Shown here: positions 54,080-64,000 of the stretch, piece after piece
Layout: every line of letters begins with the position of its first letter
Position numbering within the stretch: the stretch's first letter is position 1
Assembly: GCA_004431415.1 (NCBI GenBank)
Contig: QPMI01000581.1
Coordinates: 1 to 64,000, forward strand
Direction: 5' to 3'
Length of the DNA stretch: 64,000 nt
Origin: Cyanophora paradoxa CCMP329
Lineage: Eukaryota; Plantae; Glaucophyta
Notes under the pieces: generated by a model
Told to the model about the DNA's origin: nothing
Databases searched by the model: none
Seen by the model: the letters and a program-made list of their open reading frames with translations, nothing else
Made by a program: the position numbers and the translations under genes

Positions 54080-57000
54080 ATGCCCCGAATTAGCAACAGA
54101 CTCATTAGAGAAAAGAAATGGGAACTCATGGGATTACTGGGAACACTGTATGCAGCCCATGAAATAACAGAGGCTGAATATGACCGGGAAATCGGATTTA
54201 TTTCAAGGGGCAGACCCACTTTGGCAAAATTGACCAGAAAAGCCAATAACCTCTATGACAAAGTTGAGACTCTTGATGAACTGGATCGCCTTAGGCAAAT
54301 AGAACCAGAGGCAGAAGATGGAACAGCTATGAATGAATTATATCGCTGGCTCACATACAGAGCCAGAAGGGAAGTTGTTGTAGATGTGATTGAATATCTA
54401 GATAGAATTGCAACCTCTCTACCAAAACGTTTAAGGGATAGTCTGGATCAATTCAGGGCAATTAAGGTTCGCTTATCGTTTATCTGCAAGTTCGTTAAAG
54501 TCAGCAATCCACAGGTTTGGATATCGAAATACATTTACAGCGATTATTTTGTATTAACCAAATCGAGAAATATTCGAACTGAGCTGAATAAAGCAGCCCA
54601 AATTTGTCAGGAGCAGATGAATGTTGTTGATAGCTATCGATTGGAGAGAATCGAAATGCTCAGAGTAGCTATTATGAGTTATGCTCCTACTGGTGGTTGC
54701 TATGTGAAAACACCTGAATCAATTGCAACCAAGAGAGCCACAGTGAATATTCGAAATATTGATGATTCTTGCTTTGAAAATGCCATATTAGCCTGGATCC
54801 ACAGGAAAGATGTTAATTCCCACAAGAGAAGTGAGCTTACACAGTATCGTAAATGGAAATACTCACCAACCACATACAACCCATATGCACTCAATTTTGA
54901 CAATATCCCATTCCCTGTTCCCTGTGATGCTGAAGTAATTGATAAATTCGAATCTCAAAATGCAGGCATTAGCATAAACATCTTTGGAATCGATGGAGAG
55001 GTCATTTATCCACTGCATCAATCCAGTAACCCAGGCAGAAAGCAAAAGATTAATCTCATGCTCATTCATGATGATGAAGGGAATGGTCACTACATTACTA
55101 TTATGTCACTCTCAAGACTTCTGAGAGTTGCCCTTGATAAAACCAATGATCAGAAGTTACACTACTGTGACACATGCTTATCTCGATTCAGGTCTGAGGC
55201 TAAACTCACTGCTCATGTGGACTCAAATAGATGCATTGATTGGAGACTCTCAAAGGGAATCACCCCTAAACCTGAGACCACCATAGAGTTTGGACTGAAA
55301 AACCTTAGGAAAACTGTCTGGCTTCCTGTTGTGGTCTACTGCAAGATTGAACACAGAAGCATCCCCTTAGATGCATCGAAATCCAAGAGGGAAGTCTCAG
55401 CAGTCAACCTTAGAGTAGTCACTGGGGAAGATGTTCAAGATTTTCGATTTGAGGGGCAGGATCCAATGGGAGGTCTCTTTGAATGCTTGGAGTCCAAAGC
55501 AAGAGAGCTGATCGATTTCCTGTTCACCAATATTCCCATGAATGAACTCACAGATGAGCAAAAGGCTGTTTACAGGGCTACTAAACACTGTTACCTTTGC
55601 AGTGAGAGGTTCACTAAGGAGAACTTCAAATGCAGAGATCATGATCACCACACAGGTCAGTACATTGCTCCTGCATGCAGAAACTGCAATCTGCATAGGA
55701 GAATCTCAAAGCAAACAAAAGTAGCAGTGGTTGTTGACCAAATGGATGACTGTGGGTCATTCATTTTCAGAAAAATAGCAGGTTTGGGAGATAAAAAGCG
55801 AATCGAAATCCTCTCAAAAAACTTTGATCAATACCTTTCATTGCAATGGGGTCTTTACAAGTTCATTGATGCAAGTAATTTTATGGACTTTGGAGCTGCT
55901 GATGTGAATGAGTTAATGGACAAATTCCAGGCTTTTAGAAGGCTTTCACACTCAGTATATGGACTTGACCCAGTTCATTATGTATCTGCCCCTGGGCTAT
56001 CTTGGGATGCTATGTTAAGGACCACCAAGGCAAAAATAGAGCTTATAAGTGATGTAGAGCAATACGAATTTGTTGAGAGGGGAATCAGGGGTGGCTTTGC
56101 AACAATGCCTTGCAGGTATGCTGAGGCTGATGGTGAAAACTCCCATATAATGCTGTTTGATGCTAACAACCTGTATGGCTACTGTTTGAGTCAGCCAATC
56201 CCAGTTGGTGATTTTAGATGGGAGACCGAATTCAACCCACAAGATAACAGATCCAGTTTCCTGGAAGTTGATCTGGATTACCCAATTAGGCTATATCTAG
56301 ACCACAGTGATTTCCCCCTAATTATTAACAAGAAAATAGTAGAATATGCAGAATTATCACAATATCAAAAGAGCCTATTAGATCTCTCAGGAGAAGAGCT
56401 TGATAAAACCCCTAAGCTAACTGCAACCTTTGGTTCTGTGACCAACTATGTGGTTTCTGAGCCTCTCCTACAGTATCTGTTGGACAAAGGTGTGAAACTA
56501 AAAAAGGTTCACAGGGTCCTATCATTTACTGTGGCTCCTGTAATGAAACCCTATATTGAGCTGAATACTGAGATGAGAAGGAAAGCAGTGAATAAATTCG
56601 AGGCTGATTTCTATAAGCTCATGAATAACTCAATCTATGGGAAATGCATTGAATCTTGCAGAGGTAGATCTGTGGTTAAGATTGCAAACAGTGAGAAACT
56701 GTTTATGAAATATGCAGCCTCTCCATTGGTGAAATCAACCAGCCCCATAAACGAAAAAGCAGTTGCCTTTGAGTTTTACACAAAACATGTGAAGCTAGAT
56801 AAGCCAGTTGCAATTGGGGCTTATGTTTTGGATGCTGCCAAACTGCATAATTACCAGTTCTTCTATGATACTGTAAGGTCCCAGTGGTCCAAAGCCAAGT
56901 TACTTTTCCATGATACTGATTCCTTTTGTCTATATATCGAATCTAAGACCCTCCAAGAGGACCTAGATAATATATCCTATAATCTGGACCTAGGGGGATC

Positions 57001-57325
57001 TAACAGAATGACCCCAGGTAAATACAAAAATGAGATGCCAGGTTCTGCTATATTGGAGTATGTGGGTCTGAGAGCTAAAGTGTACAGTTTCAGAACTGCA
57101 GAGATTGAGAGAAGTAAGCTCTCTGGGACTTCAACTGAGGAACTCCAATTTAATGATTTTAAGCAGTGTTTATTTGCAGGTATCAGCAAGACTGTGACTG
57201 CAAAGCAGAAGAGAAGGGCAGATCACACAATAATAGATACTGTGAGTAGAAGGGTTGCCCTGAACTGCTTTGATGCAAAGAGATACATCTTACCAGATGG
57301 TATTAATTCTGTTCCTTTTAATTAA
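54080..57325 (+). CDS. Protein-primed family B DNA polymerase, element A
   Basis: FDANNLYG, KLMNNSIYGK, HDTDS. Confidence 0.95.
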   Translation: MPRISNRLIREKKWELMGLLGTLYAAHEITEAEYDREIGFISRGRPTLAKLTRKANNLYDKVETLDELDRLRQIEPEAEDGTAMNELYRWLTYRARREVVVDVIEYLDRIATSLPKRLRDSLDQFRAIKVRLSFICKFVKVSNPQVWISKYIYSDYFVLTKSRNIRTELNKAAQICQEQMNVVDSYRLERIEMLRVAIMSYAPTGGCYVKTPESIATKRATVNIRNIDDSCFENAILAWIHRKDVNSHKRSELTQYRKWKYSPTTYNPYALNFDNIPFPVPCDAEVIDKFESQNAGISINIFGIDGEVIYPLHQSSNPGRKQKINLMLIHDDEGNGHYITIMSLSRLLRVALDKTNDQKLHYCDTCLSRFRSEAKLTAHVDSNRCIDWRLSKGITPKPETTIEFGLKNLRKTVWLPVVVYCKIEHRSIPLDASKSKREVSAVNLRVVTGEDVQDFRFEGQDPMGGLFECLESKARELIDFLFTNIPMNELTDEQKAVYRATKHCYLCSERFTKENFKCRDHDHHTGQYIAPACRNCNLHRRISKQTKVAVVVDQMDDCGSFIFRKIAGLGDKKRIEILSKNFDQYLSLQWGLYKFIDASNFMDFGAADVNELMDKFQAFRRLSHSVYGLDPVHYVSAPGLSWDAMLRTTKAKIELISDVEQYEFVERGIRGGFATMPCRYAEADGENSHIMLFDANNLYGYCLSQPIPVGDFRWETEFNPQDNRSSFLEVDLDYPIRLYLDHSDFPLIINKKIVEYAELSQYQKSLLDLSGEELDKTPKLTATFGSVTNYVVSEPLLQYLLDKGVKLKKVHRVLSFTVAPVMKPYIELNTEMRRKAVNKFEADFYKLMNNSIYGKCIESCRGRSVVKIANSEKLFMKYAASPLVKSTSPINEKAVAFEFYTKHVKLDKPVAIGAYVLDAAKLHNYQFFYDTVRSQWSKAKLLFHDTDSFCLYIESKTLQEDLDNISYNLDLGGSNRMTPGKYKNEMPGSAILEYVGLRAKVYSFRTAEIERSKLSGTSTEELQFNDFKQCLFAGISKTVTAKQKRRADHTIIDTVSRRVALNCFDAKRYILPDGINSVPFN

Positions 57326-57328
57326 GAG

Positions 57329-58714
57329 ATGCCAGCAACTGGAAGAATAGTTAGGAGAACCACTGACCAACTGCAAGGGAACCTACTGCCAATCACAGTT
57401 CCCAAGGAGGAAAAGGGGGAATCTCGAATTGTTAAAAAGTCTGAAATGAAAGAGCTTGTCCCTGTAGAGATCCCAGTTGCTATTGCAGTGAAAGAAACCA
57501 GCAAGATTGCCAAGAGATTCTATGATGTGAGAACTGGTTACAAAGGGCTTCAAGCTATGAGGGCTGAGTTACCTGATGAATCCTATAAGCAGTTGCAAGA
57601 GTTCTATAAAAAACAGGAAGTTGTTCAGATCAATGCACCTGCTATATCTAGGAAGAGAGATCCCATGGTTCCAATTAGGCAACCCCTTGATACCTATGTG
57701 ATTGATTTGCTCTTTTTCCCAGCTTATAAGAAACAAAACAATGGATATGATACATTTATGACTGCAATGGAATCAACACTAAGAACTGGGTATATTATAC
57801 CTATAAGAGATAAATCAGCTCTCACTACATTAGCTGCATTTAAACAGCTTGAAATGAGAGTGGCAAGACCCATAGTAAAAGTTCAATCAGATGCTGGGAG
57901 TGAGTTCCAAAATCGAATATTCCAGGAGTATTTATCTGGTAAATACATAGAACACCAAGTGAGTGGAACTGCTGACCACAGAAGCCAAGGTCGAATTGAA
58001 GCCTTCAACAAGCAGATTAAGAGACTGATCACAAACTACTGCATAGCTAATAACACAGCTAGATTCTTTGATGTGTTAGGTGATATTGAGTATAATTATA
58101 ATAATACAGTCCACTCAGCTACTAAGATGAAGCCAGTCGAAACTACAGAGGAGCATTATAGGTATATTGTGGGATTAGAAGATGAGAGATTCAAGAAATC
58201 AATAGCTTACCTTGATACCATGCAGCCTGGCATGTTTGTTAGAGTGAAAGTTGAGAAGAACCCCTTTGCTAAACAGGGTAACAATTGGTCTAGGATGGTT
58301 TACACTGTTGATAGTAGGGAAGGCTTTAAGTTTAAGCTAAGGAGTCCCACTGGTGAGATCATAGATAACAGGTTTGCTTTCCATGAGCTGTTGCCTGTGA
58401 ATGCAGTTGAGTATCTGGAAACCCCTACAGTGGATGCCTTGGAGCAAGCTAAAGAGGAAGCCAGAGTTGATGCTGCTATAAGGAGAGAGGGCATAGAAGC
58501 TGCTAATGAAGTCCCAGATAAGCCTCTGATAGAGGCTAGGAAGGAGAAGGCTGGGAAAGTTAGCAGGGAACTCAAAAAGCTCACCATAGCAGGCACACAG
58601 AAACTTTCAGAAGTGAATAGCCAGAGGTGGTATAATGACTTTCAGACTACTAAGGAGTCATATACAGCCCCTAAACCTCAGAGAACACTAAGAGAAAGGA
58701 CCAAAACTAGCTAG
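57329..58714 (+). CDS. rve integrase, element A
   Basis: VIDLLF, QSDAGSEF, QGRIEAFN. Confidence 0.95.
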   Translation: MPATGRIVRRTTDQLQGNLLPITVPKEEKGESRIVKKSEMKELVPVEIPVAIAVKETSKIAKRFYDVRTGYKGLQAMRAELPDESYKQLQEFYKKQEVVQINAPAISRKRDPMVPIRQPLDTYVIDLLFFPAYKKQNNGYDTFMTAMESTLRTGYIIPIRDKSALTTLAAFKQLEMRVARPIVKVQSDAGSEFQNRIFQEYLSGKYIEHQVSGTADHRSQGRIEAFNKQIKRLITNYCIANNTARFFDVLGDIEYNYNNTVHSATKMKPVETTEEHYRYIVGLEDERFKKSIAYLDTMQPGMFVRVKVEKNPFAKQGNNWSRMVYTVDSREGFKFKLRSPTGEIIDNRFAFHELLPVNAVEYLETPTVDALEQAKEEARVDAAIRREGIEAANEVPDKPLIEARKEKAGKVSRELKKLTIAGTQKLSEVNSQRWYNDFQTTKESYTAPKPQRTLRERTKTS

Positions 58715-59053
58715 TTTGCTAGGCGAAAACTCGTTTTTTCCAAATATATGTATGACTGATATACATATATGCATATGATATACACATAGTCTTGTAGATC
58801 TTTTCAAGCGCTTCACAGCGATATGCAGAACGTTGCGGTTTGACAATCTGGTGATGCGATACAAGCGTTTGAAGATGCCGATAATCGATTTTTCGAAATT
58901 TCGGCAAGATTTCGGAATGATGCATCATAATGATGTAATAATGATGTATCATGAACCTATAACATATATATATCGCCGTGATCGTCATGATCTCCCGAGT
59001 CCGATGGTGTGTCATATATATCATATACATATACATTATCATGATGACGTCAT

Positions 59054-59256
59054 GGTAATCGATTACAGGTAATCGATTACATCCATGTAATCGATTACAT
59101 TTATATAGAGAAATTAGGTAATCGATTACAAATCGATTACATTTATATAGAGAAATAAGGTAATCGATTACAAATCGATTACATTTATATAGAGAAATAA
59201 GGTAATCGATTACAAATCGATTACATTTATCTAAAAAAATTAAGTAATCGATTACT
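59054..59256. repeat. GTAATCGATTAC palindrome array with 42-bp period
   Basis: Seen directly. Confidence 0.85.
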
Positions 59257-59425
59257 TTTGCGTTAATATCACATATATACACATAAACCCAATACAAAAC
59301 ACTAAAACGCATGTATCTCTTCACCAACTCATCATCTGACAAAACAAAAAACAGATTCGGAATCCTCTTGACAAGACCTGCGTGACGATGTAAGTATCAT
59401 AGGCTCAATAATTCAGTCATTTATA

Positions 59426-60589
59426 AGCATCTCCCCTTCATTCCCCAATTATAATTTAAGTGGACTCAAGGTTGACTCATATTAATCGTAAAAGTAGTAA
59501 AAGTATATGGATTTTGTTACGAATTCAATGGGAGGGTTGACTAAGTGGGTTGAGTTGACTCAAATTTCACAGGAAATAACAATGAATCAGAGTATAAATG
59601 CATTTTTTGAATCAACTACACCAACTAACACTGAGAAAGTAGAAGATATCATATAGTATTACCATATATGGTTTGTCAGGCACTATAATATAGTTGTCAG
59701 GCACTTATATAGTATGTCAGGCATTGTCAGGCACCTTTTTAGAAAACTTTTCTATAATTCAAATTTCATTGTTGATCCAAACAATGATTTTGCCAAAATA
59801 AAATACTTTGTCAAAATCGATGGATTTAATGCCTGACAAATAAATGCTGCCTGAAAGATTTTAAATCACATTCCTAAGATCACATTTGAATCAACTACAC
59901 CAACTAACACTGAGATTTTAACAATGAATGAGGTCCTTACTGAATATGGTATGTGTGACAGGTGTGACAGGTCTATCCCGTGGATTTTCAAAATCAATTT
60001 CTCACTAGGACTTTCCTTGGGATGGACCTGTCACACCTGTCACACCTGTCACACCCAATTATTTCAAAAATCCTAAGGGTCCCCCCTTAGAATCATTAAA
60101 ACATGATAAAAACATATAAGTTTCATGTATAATTACGATTGAATTCAATAAGAGATCGATTTGTTTTATTTAACAAATGAATCTTTTATGGATCTTAATC
60201 GAGTTTAGCGATATATTTCCGATTAAATGAATTAAATTTAATTAAATTTAATCGAGAAAGTACATGAATATAATATCGATTAAATCAATTAACAAACAGA
60301 CCAATCACAAATAGTAAAATGCGGAGTTTTAACCAGAGGCAAGATCTAATTGAGATTCAGTTATATTATTCGGAAATATATACAGATTATCGATAGACTC
60401 AGTAAGACTAATCGGAAAATAAGAGAAATTTACGATAAAATATCGAAAAGAATACAAAATAAACGAAATAAATGAATATTCGATAAGATATACACAGATT
60501 AACGATTGATTGAAATAGAATATACGAGATATATCAACAAAATCAATTAAGATAAGCCGAGGGTTAAAACTCCGCATTTTACTATGTGT
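59426..60589 (-). repeat. Right TIR of element A (complete, 1164 bp) with terminal hairpin 60307-60589
   Basis: Reverse complement of 6900-7934 plus 129 terminal bp. Confidence 0.93.
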
Positions 60590-62457
60590 GGGGTGAAATT
60601 GATGGGATTCCAACTGAGTTCCCACCAAGCAAACATGAACATATTTGGGATGAGATCAATGACCAACCAGAATTTGCAAAGGTGGAGCCTCTTGATAACT
60701 TGGGGGTTTCTCTTTACCAGACTTGTAATATCCCTGAAAGGATCTTTTTGAATGAACACTATGTTCATGTGAATGGGACACTTGCAAATTCAGCTATGAG
60801 AGGACCACTTCATATTAGGACATTACCAGGCTCTTTTGAAACCCCACCACCACCAGGAGCAACCATACCAAATATCTTTGTGTCAAGCTACATGGAGGCT
60901 GACATTCCCACAGATACATTCAGAGTCCCAACAGACCCAGCAACCTACCAAAATTACAACTCTGCTATACAGGTTCATGTAGCAGATGTAAGCAGCTTAG
61001 ATGGCTCAAGACCAATGATAGTTTTCAGTCGAGATAAGTATTCCTACATTCCCATAGTGGGAACTGCAAATGATAATTATGGAAGGGCAGAGCTTGCATG
61101 GATTAAAACAGATTATGGTGGGGTTCTGGAAGCCAATCAAAGAATGGCTGCAAAAAACATACACAATGAGAGCATTTCGAGAGTAGTCACAGAGGATTAC
61201 CTTCAAGCTCAGAACTACATAGATGAAACAGAACTAAATACAATCATTGCAGGTATAGGTATTGGTGTTACAGGCAATTACCTCCCTCTCACAGGTGGGA
61301 CTATTGATGGAACAGTAACAGCATGTAACTTCTTTGTCCATACTGAAAGCAATCAAACCTTTCCTGTGGTTCATCCAGGAGGTGAGTATGAGATACCTGA
61401 TGATCCAGCTATTATGCCCATTAAGATTGATCTCCCTTCTGATTATGTAGGAAGGGGTGAACTAAAGACCATCTCTTTCACAGGAGATTATAATGATCTC
61501 ATAAATAAACCTACTGCTGCAAATCTGCATCCTGTTGCATTTTCGGGTAGTTTCCTTGATCTAAATAATAGATCACACACCCACACAAAGGCAGAAATCA
61601 CAGATTTTGCACACACTCACACCAAATCACAAATTACAGATTTTGCACACTTCCACACAAGAGCAGATATCACAAATTTCGCTCACACTCATGTTAAATC
61701 AGAGATATTAGATCTCGGAAATGTTGCATATGTGGGTCACACCCATACCAAGGCAGAGATTACAGATCTTGGAAATGTTGCATATGTTGGTCACACCCAC
61801 ACAAAGGCAGAGATTACAGATTTTGCACACACTCATGATTGGAATACAGATATCTATAACAAACCTGCAATTTTCTCAGGAAACTACAATGATTTGACCA
61901 ATAGACCAACTCTTGATCCTTTCACAGCCACCACAATCAGAGCCAACAACACAATGTATGTAGGATCAGGTCAGATTGTAGAACCAGCAGGACCTATGTT
62001 TGAAGAAACATGGTTCTTCCACAATTCGCAGAATTACTTTGATAAAACCTTACTTGTTCGTGGAAATGCCTATGCAAGAAATTTCTATGCTATGAACCCC
62101 TCAAATAATGCGACCATCAGTCGATGTATTACAGAGGCAGATCTTTCCAGTCAACTCAATGCATATTTTAATGGGAAAATCCAAGCAGGAACGTATGTTT
62201 ACACTACTCCTTATCTTTGGGCAAATCCTGACCATAGGTTTAACCTCACTATTAATTTCAACAGCAGCTTTGCTAACCCTCCTATTGTAACAACTGGTAT
62301 ACAACACAATGAGACAGCCTACTACTATCGAATGTATGTTAGGCTTAAACAAGTTTACAGTAGCTATTTCACTTGTGAGCTTGACATAGTTCCATTAAGT
62401 TCTTTTGACAGACCAGGATTTCCAGTTACAATTCATTACATTGCTGTCGCAATTTAA
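60590..62457 (+). pseudogene. Fibre gene of element C, 3' part
   Basis: Same protein sequence as the C-terminal ~620 aa of A's fibre. Confidence 0.88.
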
Positions 62458-62476
62458 CTATTTCGTAATTATAAAG

Positions 62477-62871
62477 ATGACCTCTCTATTAGAAATCCCA
62501 AACTATGAACTTGCAGCCAAATCACTTCATAGCACCTCTCATGGAGTAGTTGATTCAACACCTGGGTATATTTGCACTGAAACTTCAAGTAATACCTCTT
62601 TCACAGAGAATAATATACTCAGAGTCAAAGAAATTCGATGTGATCGAAATGGAGGCAAGATAAGAACCACAGGAATTATTATCTCGAATAAAAATCAAGT
62701 TCAAGCAGGTCAAGTAGTCCCAGATTCAGCAGTGTATGATAATGTGGGTGGATTCACCACAGCAAAGATAGTAACTTTCGATAACACAATAAATAATTCG
62801 GCTCTTGTTGTCAAGAGTGGAGGAGCATACATTGGAGATGGGGCAAATGTTGCAGGGACTGTAACAGCGAA
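62477..62871 (+). pseudogene. Fibre paralog 1 of element C, truncated
   Basis: Matches A up to ...AGTVTA, then switches to unrelated sequence. Confidence 0.85.
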
Positions 62872-64000
62872 AAAAAATGAGAGTACCCCCATCGGGGTGG
62901 GCCCGCCCTCTTTGCCACCCTCAACCCCCAAACCCACCCCTCACTCACCCACTCCAGCGCCTTCCCAGCCCTCATTCTTTCCCACTCTCTCGCTACGTCT
63001 ACCGCCCTTCTCTCCCTCTGGTCTACCTCCCCTTCCATCCAGCAACCACTAGGTAGTATCTAGTGTCTAGGTCGATCGATATTGCAAAACGATATAGCAG
63101 TGAATTGAGGCGGGCCCCCAAACGCGCCGGTCTTTGAATCACCAACGGGTCACCGCAATTGAGGTTTCTCTTATTTTGTCATAAAGAGATCCCTTTCCAA
63201 TATTGCTATGTGAAGTTGCGTTTGGAACAAGCAAAAAAATTGTGATATATACTTCCAATGGACGTTACCCAGAATAATGCAGCGACTCGGCGCTTCCGGT
63301 TGGCCAGAATCAAAGACCAGATCGAAGCGCTCGCGATATCATTGTATAATCGACGCGTCATACATTGGGCCTTCAAAAATAAATTGATTAGAATTTCAGC
63401 ACAAGGCTCGAGAACACGTTTTGCAACGTTGGAAAAGTACGCTTCACTCTTGAACGAACTTGCAAGACTTCCTAGGTCAGCGCGTCCTGTGTCAGGTCGT
63501 CGACTAGAGCTAGCGATTGCTGAGGGCCAGGCCGACATTGTTCGAGGGTTCTCAGAATTACCTGAGGTTGACGGTGGAGATGATGTTCAAATCAATGACA
63601 GCAATACGACTACAGCGCTTGACGGGCGATATGCGGAGTGGAAATACCAATTGCCTCGCGGTTCTGGCCGCGTAACCTCGATGCAAGCCCGATTTGAGAA
63701 CAACGAACTTTTCAAACAGAACGCAATAGCATTCGTTAGCGCCCAGGTAAATCTTGCAGAGGCGGTAAGAATGGGCATTGCACTACAAATCTCTGGATTA
63801 GCGGTATACAGAAAGCCAGAGACTGATACAACAATTGCAATCATTATTGAGCATCGCCGTTTCGATCGCATCGAGCCAGGGCAAGCATCGAGACTGCTCT
63901 GCGCTCACAGCTGGAAGAACTAGACATTCTTGCGACAGAGAAAAGCAGGGATTCCTCAGTTTTCGACACATGGATACATCTGGTCTTTAAAACTGTGCGA
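62872..64000 (+). mobile_element. Sequence D: probable different Polinton-like element (partial)
   Basis: Abrupt junction, C-rich tract, CpG-rich ORF resembling the pPolB N-terminus. Confidence 0.45.
63258..64000 (+). CDS. Possible N-terminal region of a divergent pPolB (frameshifted near 63900, truncated by window)
   Basis: IEALAISLY...TALDGRYAEWKY weakly parallels LMGLLGTLY...TAMNELYRWLTY of A's pPolB. Confidence 0.4.

Larger units (their letters stand above)
6900..60589 (+). mobile_element. Element A: Polinton-like virus, ~28 kb excluding nested B
   Basis: TIRs 6900-7934 / 59426-60589; MCP, two penton-like genes, ATPase, D5 helicase, pPolB, rve integrase; right end ...ACTATGTGT abuts C's fibre gene. 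Confidence 0.93.

Noticed and set aside
53968-54246. N-terminal extension of the RING ORF
   Set aside because: Antisense to the pPolB start; ATG at 53967 follows a TATATATAG motif
58719-59342. 207-aa ORF with CNRFVIDY repeats
   Set aside because: By-product of the 42-bp palindromic repeat; no counterpart in B

Overview
The whole 64 kb is a nest of endogenous eukaryotic double-jelly-roll DNA viruses of the Polinton/Maverick / Polinton-like virus (PLV) type; I see no host genes. Outer element C (1-~6900 and 60590-~62871) is split in its fibre gene by element A (~6900-60589), an inverted near-identical sister with 1.16 kb TIRs. A is split in its major capsid gene by the more divergent element B (21501-46814, 741-bp TIRs, clean 6-bp TSD GTGCTG). 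C is cut again at ~62872 by sequence D, which seems to begin a third-family pPolB gene. A and B each encode a DJR major capsid protein, A32/FtsK packaging ATPase, primase-polymerase/D5-SF3 helicase, protein-primed PolB, rve integrase, a patatin-discoidin phospholipase, a phage-like multi-fibre module and a prokaryote-type S-adenosylmethionine decarboxylase. Most unusual features: ~290-nt imperfect terminal hairpins with co-varying 28-bp stems and AC...GT ends; family-specific iteron palindromes 3' of the helicase gene that are copied near the termini; a pPolB with an apparently dead and partly deleted proofreading domain; a -1 frameshift shared by two copies of a penton-like gene; B lacking penton-like genes while disrupting A's capsid gene; homing endonucleases that duplicate host-gene 3' ends; and strong CpG loss in A/C but not B. 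Many single-base frameshifts lie in homopolymers and may be long-read consensus errors. All protein calls are from motif recognition by eye, not database searches.
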